A stretch of 64,000 bases of DNA, taken from positions 1-64,000 of IMG/VR virus record IMGVR_UViG_3300045988_019695. The stretch is one strand, 5' to 3'. Every line of letters begins with the position of its first letter. The first letter of the stretch is position 1. A program made the position numbers and the translations under genes. The notes beneath the pieces are model-generated. The model did not search any database, was not told where the DNA came from, and was given only the letters and a program-made list of their open reading frames with translations. The DNA is from a virus. Positions 40,458 to 51,393 of the stretch are shown piece by piece.

Positions 40458-41582
40458 TTAAAAGTTTGCTTTATCGTAAGCAGCAGAGTTGTCAACTGGG
40501 TTAACAATGTTCTGACGAGAGGCGATCATAGCCTGGAGCTTAGCAACGAAGCCGCCTGCAATCTGATCAGCACCCATAGCCTCACCATTGTTAGAAGCGT
40601 AGATCTCAACTGTCTGCTTTGTTCTACGCCAGAGATCATCAGCTGTACGGTACTGGTTCTCAAACTCGATAGTAATACCGTCGTACTTGTTATCGAGGTT
40701 TGTTACCATAGCTGGCTGAGGATCGTACCAGCAGCAACGATGCAAAACGCCCTGATAGTCAAATGTAGCACGCTCGCGATCACGTACCAATTTAGCTGTT
40801 GCTGGGTATGTAACGCCTTCTTTCTTAGAGAAGACAACACCAAGGTCGTACTTGTTGTTTGAAGCCCAACCTGGAGCTGCAGGGTTCATCCAATACATGT
40901 TAGCATCGAAACGACCCTTCATGTAAACGTTCTCTGTTCTGTTAGACTCATCGTCATCATACTTCATCTGTGTAAGAACGAGCTTCTGACCATTGATCTT
41001 AGCATATACACGCTGGCGCTTTGGAGCACGGATGATATCCTTTACCAAACCCGCCATGATCTCCTGTACAGTATCACCAACCTTAGTTACATAGCTGTAT
41101 GACTCTGTCCACTTGCGATATCGCATTGGCATATCCTTGAAAGTAAGACGAAGAACAACTGGGCAACCACCCTGAGCGAGGAGGTCCAATGTCTCAGGAG
41201 CAACATCACTGAAATCGATTGTAATCTCATCCTCTGAATCTTCCTTGTAATCAAGCTTAGTAACAGACTTAATGTCTGCTACATTAATAATGTTAGACCA
41301 CTTTACAACTGGTACGAATGTAACATTACCAAGCTTGTCAACCTTCTGGAAGCTATCAGATGTAATAACACCAATCTTAAAACGGTCAGCAGCTGCATCC
41401 ATCTTATAAACATCATCAATAGCAGTACCATCCTGCTTAGCTGGATCACAGTTCATGAATACGAACTTACCAACCAATGGCTTAAGATCTTCTTTCTTAG
41501 CCTTACCCTTCAACTCCTCTGCGGTAGCAAGGGTCTCACCGTTCTTGTTAGAAACGAGAACTGAATTTACGTATGTAATCAT
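40458..41582 (-). CDS. Virion structural protein, 374 aa, TAG-free
   Basis: Uninterrupted MITYVNSVLVSNKNGETLATAEELKGKAKKED..; lies in the structural gene block. Confidence 0.75.
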   Translation of the reverse strand: MITYVNSVLVSNKNGETLATAEELKGKAKKEDLKPLVGKFVFMNCDPAKQDGTAIDDVYKMDAAADRFKIGVITSDSFQKVDKLGNVTFVPVVKWSNIINVADIKSVTKLDYKEDSEDEITIDFSDVAPETLDLLAQGGCPVVLRLTFKDMPMRYRKWTESYSYVTKVGDTVQEIMAGLVKDIIRAPKRQRVYAKINGQKLVLTQMKYDDDESNRTENVYMKGRFDANMYWMNPAAPGWASNNKYDLGVVFSKKEGVTYPATAKLVRDRERATFDYQGVLHRCCWYDPQPAMVTNLDNKYDGITIEFENQYRTADDLWRRTKQTVEIYASNNGEAMGADQIAGGFVAKLQAMIASRQNIVNPVDNSAAYDKANF

Positions 41583-41657
41583 ATTGTTTAATTTTTTCTA
41601 CTCACCCTATAATGTTGATGCTAGACCTAACTAGCTGGGCTTTCCACGTTAAAATTA

Positions 41658-42353
41658 TTATTCTTGTGTATTTACTTCTTGAGTTATAGTCTAATAGCGC
41701 TCATCCTTCTTATTCTCGATGTACATCTGAGCAGCTATCTTTATAATCTCATTAAGTACTGTATCCTCGAACTCATCATATTCGTCATGAGGGTCGTCGA
41801 GAGATATTTCCTATGGCTTTCTTATATAACCAAGCTAATACTTATAGATTCTATAATTCTTATCTGTTAATAAATTGCAGCCATATTTTGTCCTAACTCT
41901 AAGAGGACGAGCTCTGTGATATCTGTAATGAAAGTCTGTAAGGCTATTGTTAACCCTATACATAAAACTATCTTGTGTACACTCAAAGACACACGTGTTC
42001 AATTGATTCTTGTTGTTATTATCTGATATAACAACATCCTCGTTTGATGCGAATAGGAAATCTTCTGGATAGTGTATCTTATATACGTCATATGAAGGTT
42101 CCAATAGGTTTGTCTATATATCATCGTACCAGTAACTTTTGGTCTTGTACAGCTTAATTAAATCATGTCTACGCTTCTCTGTTTCCTCGTACGATGTATC
42201 ATGGACAAGATCACCATTAAATCTAGTCTTTACAAACTTATCAACAGCCTGGTTGAGCCAAAATAAAGATTCGTCCGTCGATGGTTTGTCGAGAGGACTA
42301 TTAAACTTATTAATCTCTCTTTCGAAGTTCACCAATATGTCTATATATCTCAT
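41658..42353 (-). CDS. Putative neck/ring protein
   Basis: MRYIDILVNFEREINKFNSPLDKPSTDESLFWLNQAVDKFVKTRF.. (42114..42353) joined with 41835..42104, same frame; TAA at 41658. Confidence 0.65.
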
Positions 42354-43096
42354 TGCTCACCCTCCTATTGTTTAGGCTGTTTCTTAGTATTACCCTACGA
42401 TAATTTAGCCTTATACTATGTAATGTACATATCTACAGCCCCAGAGACAAGCTCATCGAAGCACGAGTATGGGAGCTGGCAATAGCTATGAACAGCGCCA
42501 GCAGAGTCGTCATTATCGTTGTACTTTAACACATTGAATGCATTAGGCTAACAACAATATGTAAGATCTACATAGTCTATAGTAGTGTAAGAATCTGTGA
42601 TAACCCTTAAATAAGGACTATCGTAAGATGTACTCTCAAGTACTACCATAGGATTAGGGAGAATAGAATTCTGATTGTAAAAAGCATTGATTACATTGTC
42701 TACATCATCCTACTTAATTAATGCGTTTGGGGTAACTACTGGTTTACTAAGAGCTTTAGGGCTCTTATAGTTCTTTGAAATGAAACTATCAGACCTAACA
42801 TACATAGCATAATTGTCAGGTAAATCAAAATGGTCATTAGAGACAATGTCTGGTTTAATCTTTGCATGTCTTATCAAAGGTTTAATAGTATCATGTATTC
42901 GTTTAGCTTTCCTAGTACCACGCTGCAGTTCATCTTCTACAGCATACAATGACCTAACATACTGTGACTAGAACTCGCTAAGGAATGAATATATTGTATC
43001 TGTAGTAAGCTTTTCCGTAGTAGCAAACTGAGGATAAATCTCAAATAACCTACGTTCAAACTCTATACCTAGTTTTCTAGTTTCTTCTTTTGTCAT
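42350..43096 (-). CDS. Putative neck/ring protein
   Basis: MTKEETRKLGIEFERRLFEIYPQFATTEKLTTDTIYSFLSEF..; includes 42710..42949; ATGA overlap with next gene at 42350-42353. Confidence 0.65.
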
Positions 43097-43815
43097 GATT
43101 CAAGTGGTCTAGTATTTACTTTAGTAGTAAGCCTACTGGATTCTACAATCTCGGTAGACATTATAATAGCCAGATTAATAAGTTCCTCAGCCATAGAGTC
43201 TGACAGCTCAAACTTTGTAGATGTAAAGTCGTAGTCTGATTCAAAGTTACCTGGACCAACTGCGAACTTATTAGGATGTTTAAGATACAAGAATTGAGCA
43301 GTAGAAGTAGCTCCATTGTACTGTACAACCATTGGGTCTACATATGTTATAATGCTATTGTTTTCTATAACTGATGTAGGGTATTCAATCCACGGCATAT
43401 TATTAGTTGTAGCTTTATAGTTCTTAGCTTCTTCATGTGACACGAATCTCATTTCCTATATAGAGTGAGCCTTGCCATCAAATGAATTGAAGCTGTTATT
43501 AACAGTAAATTCTCCGTTCAAGATATACATATAGTCTAACTTGTCTGTAGGGAATCTATAGCTGTTATCTCCAACTAAATTACCGATTGTGTATACATTA
43601 TTAATTAATGGCTTTAAATCTTCAATTGCTTTCATATCTGATTCAAACGCTGACCTTCTAGGATTGTTCCCTGTATATTTTTGAGCTATAAGAGCTAGGT
43701 AGGCTTTATCAAGTATTGTAGCAATCTCATATTTAGTTAGCGACGGATATGACGAAGTTATATTTGCCTTGTCATATTCAATCATAAACTTAGTATAAAT
43801 ATCACTATGCGTCAT
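43093..43815 (-). CDS. Putative neck/head-completion protein
   Basis: 43456..43815 and 43093..43452 are one ORF joined at TAG 43456 (..GKAHSI-Q-EMRFVSHEEAKNYK..); TGA at 43093. Confidence 0.7.
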
Positions 43816-43828
43816 ACGTCGTTCGTTA

Positions 43829-44581
43829 TTATTTATTTTCGACCTGATTAATAATCGAGATCTTTAAGTCTTGATTCTTCTTTGCGTCCAAGTATGCAAT
43901 ACAATCCTCAAGTGAGTCTGCAAGCATCTCAGAACCATAATAGTACTGTGTTCTATCCTTACGGATAATGCCCTTAGCAATAGCACTCTCGATCAAGAAC
44001 TCTGTTTCCTTTGTCTTATTATTAACCCACTTAGTAAAGAAGTTTTGTGGCTGCTTATCAACCAATGAGAACAATGTAGACTCTACAAGCTCATTAGACA
44101 TTGTATCAGCGCTAACGCCGAACAATCTAAGACACTTGCGCATCTCTTCAAGAGAAAGCTTGCCAAAAGCAATGATAGCGTCTCTACGAAGCTTGTTGAT
44201 CTTATTCTTCTCAATAGCCTCAGCCTGTCTATTAATAAGCAGATAGTCTTTACCAGCATTAAGCTTATCAAGTGATGTAGCTACTCTCTTATGTCCCTCA
44301 AGGAACTTAATAATCATAGCCTAGCGTGGGAATGAGTCATCGAGGATTGTGCTCTTAGAGCCAACTTTAACACAGAATGTATTCCAGAATGGTGAATTCT
44401 TAGCGAGGTGGCCTTCTGGGTAGCCAAGCTCCTTTTCAAATTTCTTTTCGTCCTCAGGTGTTAAACCTGTGTATATCGACCCAGATCTGGTAAAGTAAGG
44501 TGCAATATAATCAAAGCAATGCTTGTACTTCAACAATCCAGCCCAGGGATTTTTCTTTCTGATCTTTAATTCAACTACCAT
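43829..44581 (-). CDS. Putative head/neck protein
   Basis: 44321..44581 and 43829..44317 joined at TAG 44321 (..DDSFPR-Q-AMIIKFLEGHKRVATS..); TAA at 43829. Confidence 0.7.
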
Positions 44582-44612
44582 AATTTTTCAATTAGTTGTT
44601 GCAATGCCAAGC

Positions 44613-44633
44613 TCCCACCCGATTTTTGGGTGG
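44613..44633. terminator. GC-rich hairpin downstream of MCP stop (possible terminator/processing hairpin)
   Basis: CCCACCC-GATTTTT-GGGTGGG, 7 bp perfect stem, between the MCP stop (44662) and the next gene start (44581). No clear long U-tract. Confidence 0.4.
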
Positions 44634-44661
44634 GGTTGAACATTGTATATTATTTAATTAA

Positions 44662-47075
44662 TTAGAGCTCTGCTGCTCTGTTCTCAACTGAGATAGACTC
44701 CTGGTCTTCAGCATCACAGTACAAGATACCACATGACAATGGATTTCTCAACATGATACCCTCTTCACCGAGGAAGTGTACCTGGTAACCATCACGGCTG
44801 TTAGAACGCATAGTGTTGATATTGTTTGCATAACCATTTGGCAATACAGAACCACCAGTACACCACTGTACGAACTCACGGCCCTTACGACATACCTTAA
44901 CGATGTTAGCCTGACCATCACGACGACCAAGGTCAACGAACAAGAATGTGTAAGACATCAATGGCTTACCTGTCAATGGGTGAAGCTGACGGAACATCTC
45001 CATGTTATCGAACATAGCGCAACGCTTAACTGTCAACTCAATACCATTAGTCATAGTGTAAGTTGTGAACTGACCACCCAACTTCAAGTCCTGACCAGAA
45101 CCTGTAATGAAGTGTGTATCAATCATATTGAAACTAGCTGCCTTCTCCTTCAAGATACGGTCGAATTCACGGATACCCATCTCACCAGTCAAAGCAACGA
45201 ACTTACGCTCATTAGTACCAATAATGTTGTAGCAGAGATCGAACAAGTAATCCTCGAACAACTCTGTAGTCAGCTTTGTATAATAACGTACATTAGCTGG
45301 AGCAATCTGCTCAAACAAACCTGCAGAGATTGGAACGAAACGACCATTAGTACCCTTCAAATTGTAAGTACCATCTGCGTTACGGTTAGAGTGAGCGAAC
45401 AGCAACTGCTTCTCCTCTCTCTTCTTCCACTCACGAAGAGCCTTCCAATACTGATAGTCAGACCACAAATAAGACTTCTTACCTGTCTCAGGATCAGTCA
45501 AAGCGATAGCCAATACTGTAGAATAAGCATCACCTGTGATATCGTAAGTAAGACGCATAGTCATCAAGCTATTACGCATCTTAAATGGAGTCTGATAGTT
45601 GATGATATCTGCCTCATCACTGTACTCCTCATATGCAGAACCGATACGGTCTACCTGACGGCCTGGGAGCAAATACTCGCAAGGAATATAAGAACCCTGG
45701 AAACCTTCTGCTACGTAGCACTCATATACCCATGTGCTACCATCCTGGTATGGAGTACCATTTACACGTACCTGGAAGTTTACATTGTCAAATGCCAAAA
45801 TAGCGCCTGGCTTTTTATTCACTCGGAGTCGTTAATTCCGAATCGCTAGCTATGGCATTCTCGCTAGCAGCTTCATCTTTCGATGAAGAATTGACTATAT
45901 CACAACCCTAAAGAAAGGGTTTCCAGTACTTCGGGTCACTTGACCCTACACCGTGGTTAGCGGTTAGTCGATGAACCTTCAAGTCTACTTTGTCAACACG
46001 AAGACCTTTAAGCAATCCAGCTTTAATATAGTCTCCTGTGTTCGCATGTTTTTGAATTAAACCATAAGTATAACCACTTATTCTAAATTGCTTTCTCAAA
46101 GCTTTAAACCCATATATGGTAAACTGCGCTCCATTGTAAACATTAGTAAATACATATGCAACCTGCGGACCATCTTTTGTATGTATTGGATGGTTAAAGC
46201 AATGTCCTTTAAACAGTCCATGTTCCTTTCCGTGTTGTATATTATATTCTGGTGTGCACCATTCTAGATTAGATAGATAATTATTTAATTTATTTCCATC
46301 TATATGGTTTACTTGTGGTAAATTGTTTGGATTATCTAGAAATGTCATAGCTACAAGTCTATTGACTCTATAGTCGTATCTTTTACCATCTTTAGTAAAA
46401 GTGACATGCAGATAACCTCTTTTATTTTTACTCGGCGATAAAAATTTATTACTTCTATGTGACCAAATATCACCATGTGTTGTACATGCGTAAAGACCTT
46501 CCCATCCCGGTATGTCTTTCATCTAGTAGCCTTGCTCGGCTGCTGATTGTCCATTTTTTATATTATTCATATATCTATAATTTTATTTATAACTCTATGG
46601 TATAAAATTCTTTAGGAGTTTCCAGCAATTCTCTGGATTTTTCAATTTATATTACTATAAAAGGCGGCACAGGTTATGCGCTATAGAACCTACCGAACCA
46701 CTTCTCTTCCAAGCCAAGATAAATAGGAGTGTTATTAATACCTGGAGTCAAACCATCTTTAATTGACTTAGGTGTAATTTCCTTACCATTCCACTTAGCG
46801 TAGCGGATATTAACAGCGTGATCAGCGTCAATCATTACAGACCACTCATACTCTCTATTTTCGATAGTCATGGTTGAACCAAGACCACCAGTTAGTAAGT
46901 CGATAGTAGTTGAAATACCATCATCCTTTGTACCAAAAACCAATGACAACAAGCCTGCTACCTCATGAGGCTTTGTAAGCATTGCGTTAGCAATCATGTT
47001 TTCGTCTACCAAGTCAGCAAAACGCTTACCACGATAGAGCTGAAGATTATTTAATAAAGAACTTGAATTATTCAT
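44662..47075 (-). CDS. Major capsid protein, gene split by intron (exon 1 47075..~46683; exon 2 ~45819..44662)
   Basis: Exon 1 MNNSSSLLNNLQLYRGKRFADLVDENMIANAMLTKPHEVAGLLSLV..TPGINNTPIYLGLEEKWFGRFY; exon 2 NKKPGAILAFDNVNFQVRVNG..YLLPGRQVDRIGSAYEEYSDEAD... The joined product (~516 aa) fits a crAss-like MCP in size and position. Confidence 0.8.
45820..46682 (-). other. Group I self-splicing intron in the MCP gene (~863 nt)
   Basis: Group I core-like blocks on the minus strand: AATTGCTGGAAA (46619..46630), AATCAGCAGCC (46538..46548), GTTCATCGACTA (near 45970), GATATAGTC (45893..45901). Proposed 5' splice after U and 3' end at G restore frame. Endonuclease ORF lies between core elements. Confidence 0.8.
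45908..46522 (-). CDS. NUMOD4-HNH homing endonuclease encoded in the MCP intron
   Basis: MKDIPGWEGLYACTTHGDIWSHRSNKFL..RLVAMTFLDNPNNLPQVNHIDGNKLNNYLSNLEWCTPEYNIQH. Ends at TAG 45908; with TAG=Gln the ORF extends to 45815 and upstream to an ATG at 46570. Confidence 0.85.
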   Translation of the reverse strand: MKDIPGWEGLYACTTHGDIWSHRSNKFLSPSKNKRGYLHVTFTKDGKRYDYRVNRLVAMTFLDNPNNLPQVNHIDGNKLNNYLSNLEWCTPEYNIQHGKEHGLFKGHCFNHPIHTKDGPQVAYVFTNVYNGAQFTIYGFKALRKQFRISGYTYGLIQKHANTGDYIKAGLLKGLRVDKVDLKVHRLTANHGVGSSDPKYWKPFL

Positions 47076-47093
47076 AATATGTTAATTGTCTCA

Positions 47094-48290
47094 TCATAGG
47101 TATTTTGACGCGAGATCCCATGCCTGAGGTTGTTTTTCATGCCCAACATTGTATGATGTATGATTTTTTGTTTGGTGTTTGAGCATTTGTCTAAGTTTAC
47201 TCGCAGCAGATGTCTGACCATTGCGCTGTGCTTCGCCCAGTAGAGCATCACCCTTCATTGTGAAGTAGGCTGATTCTATCAAATTGTTAACAAGGTTATT
47301 ATTAAAAGCCTTCTGATACTCTGTTAAACCGTCTACATCAGTTCTTGTAATATAATCGAACAACGCTTTTCTATCCTCCTTTGGGATATTGATACCTCTA
47401 ATATTAGTAAGACCGTTGATATTAGATGTAAGGTCATTCATGAACTGTGCAGCTTGCTGCTCCTGTTTCTGTCTTTGAGCTTCCTGTTGCTGAGCCATAT
47501 ACTCTTGCTGTTGCTGTTCGTACGCCTTAAGATAATTTACAGCATCAGCTGCTTCATCTTCCAGCATGTCAGCATCTTCATAGCGCTCAATCTTGCGACT
47601 AATCTGTTCGTCATTCATTCCCTGTAATCTATAGAACTCACGAACAGCTGCTTTCTGATTAGATTCGTCCTCCAAATCTATGTTATCGTAATACATAGAT
47701 TTCTGTTGTGTCTGATAGAAGTCTTCAAATTTACCACCATTCTTTACGTACTGATCAAGTCTAGCAATACGATCATCAGCGTACTATGGTGTTGAATTCT
47801 CATCTACGACATCTTTGATATACTCCACGAGGTCCTCGACTGACTTAGGTTTCTCGTCTGCATCAACACTCCAACCATTAGCTTCAGCGAATGCGTCAAA
47901 GAAAGCACCAATCTATTCTGCTTCTCCAGGATCTACGACGTCGGTGTCAGTCTGCTGATCATTATCATCATTGTCGCCATCCTATTCGTTGTCAACTGTA
48001 GTTGTGTCGGACGTATTATTATTTAAAATATTATCTGGGATCTGTGTATCATCATCATGAGCATTAGGATCACCAGTTACATTCTTATTATCTTTATTAT
48101 CCTCAGAAGACTTGTCGTCATCTGGATTGTCTAAATTATCAATATCATCATTAGGGTCATCTAACACCTGATTAACCACATCCTGGTTATCGATGTCTGT
48201 AACGCTGTCGCCACCTTCCTGGCCACCGAACCCTAGAGAGTTCAAAGCGTCTTCAAAATCACCTAATGGATTTTTCTTCTTTCTTGCCAT
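47094..48290 (-). CDS. Putative scaffold/head morphogenesis protein
   Basis: Acidic N-term MARKKKNPLGDFEDALNSLGFGGQEGGD..DDDIDNLDNPDDD.., then Gln-rich coiled coil; 47982..48290 and 47094..47696 in one frame; immediately upstream of MCP. Confidence 0.65.
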
Positions 48291-48325
48291 AATTTAAATT
48301 ATAACTAAGTTAATATTTTTAATTG

Positions 48326-48353
48326 TCGTACGCTACACGGGATTCGAACCCGT
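48326..48353 (-). other. tRNA T-arm plus 3' acceptor-like remnant
   Basis: Minus ACGGG-TTCGAAT-CCCGT followed by GTAGCGT-A; no matching 5' half ~73 nt upstream. Confidence 0.45.
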
Positions 48354-48360
48354 ATAATGT

Positions 48361-49962
48361 TCAATGTTTCCAACCTGCTGCATTATGTGCAAAGTTGGCT
48401 TTCTTTCTCATAGCTGCACTATACTTACTTGGATTACTTAAAACTCTATTAGCAAAACTTTGGATACTCATACCATGCTATTTAGCTGCTTTAGTAAATG
48501 TTCCACGCTTAGATTTCTTGATATGTATATCTTTACCAGAATTAAATTTTCTTTTATTTGTTGGTATTTTGTTTCGTTCTACGATACCAACACTTTCTCT
48601 AAATTGACTCTCTACTGGAGAAGCTGGATTATATACAACATTCTTATAATGCCCATCAAATAACTATCCTCTAGGCTATGCATTACTTAATGCATCTAAC
48701 AGATCTTCAGGAAGATTTTTTGAATTTAAAATATCAGTATCATGTACCTATGATGTATATTTCGGCCTAAGAACATAATCCATAAACTAATAATCTTTTA
48801 GTCTTGGTCTATTAGCTTTTGCAGCCTCTTCTAGTAAAGCCTATTCAAACTCACTACCGTAATCTCTAGGTTTTTCTAAAAGAAAACGTCCAGATTTTCT
48901 TGAATCGGCATTTTTCTGCATTAATTCAAATGCTTTGCGAAGTTTCTGATTAGTGTTCTAATCAAATACCTAAATGTTCTTTGTTGGGACTTTTATGTTT
49001 TCTCCAAACGTAAAAGTGTCAGAAGGTCTAGTAGATATAACGTTTTTACCAAGTAAACTTTTACCAGGGAATCTAAGTATTGGTCTAGTACTCCAATCTC
49101 CACCAGAATTTGGAAGAACTGGATAATCTGTAGTAAAGTTACTTATTAGCGGACTTACATCGCCAGAGTCATAAGCAAATCTACTATTTATTGGAGATAC
49201 TATAGTATATTTCTAGCTCATATCTGGTAAAATACTATACCTTCTATACAAGTCTGGAAACTATGCGTCGAACCCATATTTAATCTTTCCTCCAATATAT
49301 CTAAGGTATTGAGCATTCGGATTGTCACTAAAGTATATTTGTTTTGCGACATTTTTTATTTCCGGTAAAGCCTTTCCTGCTACTGGAACCATTCCGAGAA
49401 CGCCATATGGATTACCATCTGATAACTCCTTTGCACCTTTTAATGCAAAATACATATCAGCAGCAGGCTATGTTATTGGATGTAAAGCAAGTGCAGTCAT
49501 TCCACCATCTATAGCATCAGCTACTTCTCCTTGCCAAGTTTTCTAATACTGAGCATTCTATATATCTTTCTTCGTCTAAAGATCTGACATATATTTATCA
49601 AATGCAGCATCACCCATATATTCTTTAAGATCCATAAGTTCTTTATTGCGTTCTGCAGCATCTACTTTGGAAATGTCTCGCTAATTAACATTTACTTCCT
49701 GCAATCGTCTATTAACACGTTCTCCTGTTTTTAGTATATCTTGTCCTGTGTATGGATCGTGTCCAACAATGTCTCTAAGATAAACCATTCTAGCATCATC
49801 TCCAGTATCAAATTTAGGAATCTTAAGTTTCTTTCTAAGCTACTTCTCAGCTATCTACTAATCTGCTTCAGCCTATGCTTTTCTTCTACGTTTAATCTTA
49901 CGAAAGAGCTTATGACGCTGATAGTCATTCTTCTTCTGCATCTTTCGCTTAGGACTTTCCAT
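48361..49962 (-). CDS. Uncharacterised protein, basic N-terminus and KRGTFTKAAKQHGMSIQSFANRVL..NAAGWKH C-terminus
   Basis: Frame 1 ORF through TAG codons from ATG 49960-49962 (MESPKRKMQKKNDYQRHKLFRKIKRRRKAQ) to TGA 48361; includes 49261..49455. Most lines between 48361 and 49020 were checked for absence of TAA/TGA. Confidence 0.65.
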
Positions 49963-49967
49963 CTATG

Positions 49968-50996
49968 TCATAATTGCATCAGTTTAAGATTATTACCTCT
50001 TCTCTACCAGAACTTCTAGCCATAAGAATCTTTGCCAAAATTATTCTAAGGAAGTAGGTTAAGTATATTCGGAAGTGAAGGCTATGTTATTCTATCGTAC
50101 ATCTACTGTTTATACTAATCAAGATCGCGCTATTGCTAAGCTTTAATTTCTTCCTAAGTTGGACCAAGTAAAGCTGCTGGAACATCTGCTCTAATAGTAC
50201 TAGGCTATCTTGTAGAAGGAGAGTTTATTATTATAGGACTAACATTCTTAGCGTCCTCATAGTCCTGTACGAGATCATTAAACTGTACATTATAGTTATA
50301 GGCATCCTTATGTGCATTCCTATGATAATAAGCCGCCTTAACAAGGCTATCCATACCTCTAAGATTTCTAGAATAGTTCTCAAGAGAATCTTCATAATAC
50401 CCTTTCTGCTTAAGCGCTCTTGCATAATCCTGTGTAGATTTAGCTCTAAGCGCTTCTCCATATCTAGTATGCATAAGTCTTACATAGTCCTTAACAAAAT
50501 CTGCATCACTCTTGTATGTAGTATAGGTCTTACCATTCCAGCCTACGCCACCATAGTTGTGCTATTGCCTAGCAACTCTAGATCTACCGTAGTTAGATTC
50601 ATATGCAAGCTGACGCATTACATTATAGTATGCAGCATCACCGTATCCGTATCTGCTTAGCTATTGTCCTACAAGAGGGCCCATTCTGTGAACAAAAGTA
50701 TTAATAGAATCATTCTTTCCTCCTTTGTATTTATGCAGTATTGGATGTTCTTCGTTTAATGGAGTATCAAAAGGTAATGGCTTAATAATGTCTTCAGCTA
50801 TATTAACATCTTTACCTTCATTGTAAGCATTAAGTATAGACTATACATTCTAATCAATCTACTACTACTCTTCTGGACTAGGTTCATCAGCCTGGGTGTC
50901 TCCACCCAAGTTGATTCCTCTAATGTCTTTCCAGTAATCAGCGCCATTCTTCCACGCCTCATACTTCTACTAAAATGTCTTATTATCTAACTTCAT
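49968..50996 (-). CDS. Peptidoglycan hydrolase-like protein (glucosaminidase/lysozyme-like)
   Basis: MKLDNKTFQQKYEAWKNG..; ..RMGPLVGQQLSRYGYGDAAYYNVMRQLAYESNYGRSRVARQQHNYGGVGWNGKTYTTYKSDADFVKDYVRLMHTRYGEALRAKSTQDYARALKQKGYYED.. (E..S/NYGG pattern); TGA at 49968. Confidence 0.65.
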
Positions 50997-51391
50997 GCTA
51001 TAGCCTCCTCATACTCTTCTTTAGAAATCTAAATAAATGTACAGTTAAGTTTTCCGCAGTATCCCTACTTTTGTTTAAAGCAATACTATATAGCTCCTTT
51101 ATCAATTCCTAACTATCTAGAAGCTTCTCTCAAAGACGGATAATACTTTACATCGTTAGAAAAAATAACTTTTAACCAATATCCTTTTGGTCGATTGCTA
51201 TAATCTGAATATCGTTTTCTTACTGCAGAATGTTCACCATATTTATTCCATGCACTCTACAAGTGAGCGTTTACATGTTTGTTTGCCCTAAGGTTTCTAA
51301 GATGTTCTTTAAAACGTTGCTCTATATGAATAGAGCTACCAATATACCGTTTACCATTTACGGTATTATAAATCTAATAAACTCCACTCAT
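50993..51391 (-). CDS. GIY-YIG homing endonuclease (TAG-recoded)
   Basis: MSGVYQIYNTVNGKRYIGSSIHIEQRFKEHLRNLRANKHVNAHLQSAWNKYGEHSAV..KGYWLKVIFSNDVKYYPSLREASRQLGIDKGAIQYCFKQKQGYCGKLNCTFIQISKEEYEEAIA; at least six Gln positions are TAG. Confidence 0.8.
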
Positions 51392-51393
51392 AA

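Noticed and set aside
44776-45849. 357 aa plus-strand ORF opposite the major capsid gene
   Set aside because: Antisense to a strongly supported MCP exon; low-complexity Thr/Leu/Val translation with no motifs; typical shadow ORF from codon bias.
45820-46682. Intein instead of intron in MCP
   Set aside because: Exon 1 runs into an in-frame TAA two codons past the proposed junction. The insert contains group I core-like sequences and a NUMOD4-HNH ORF, with no intein splicing motifs.
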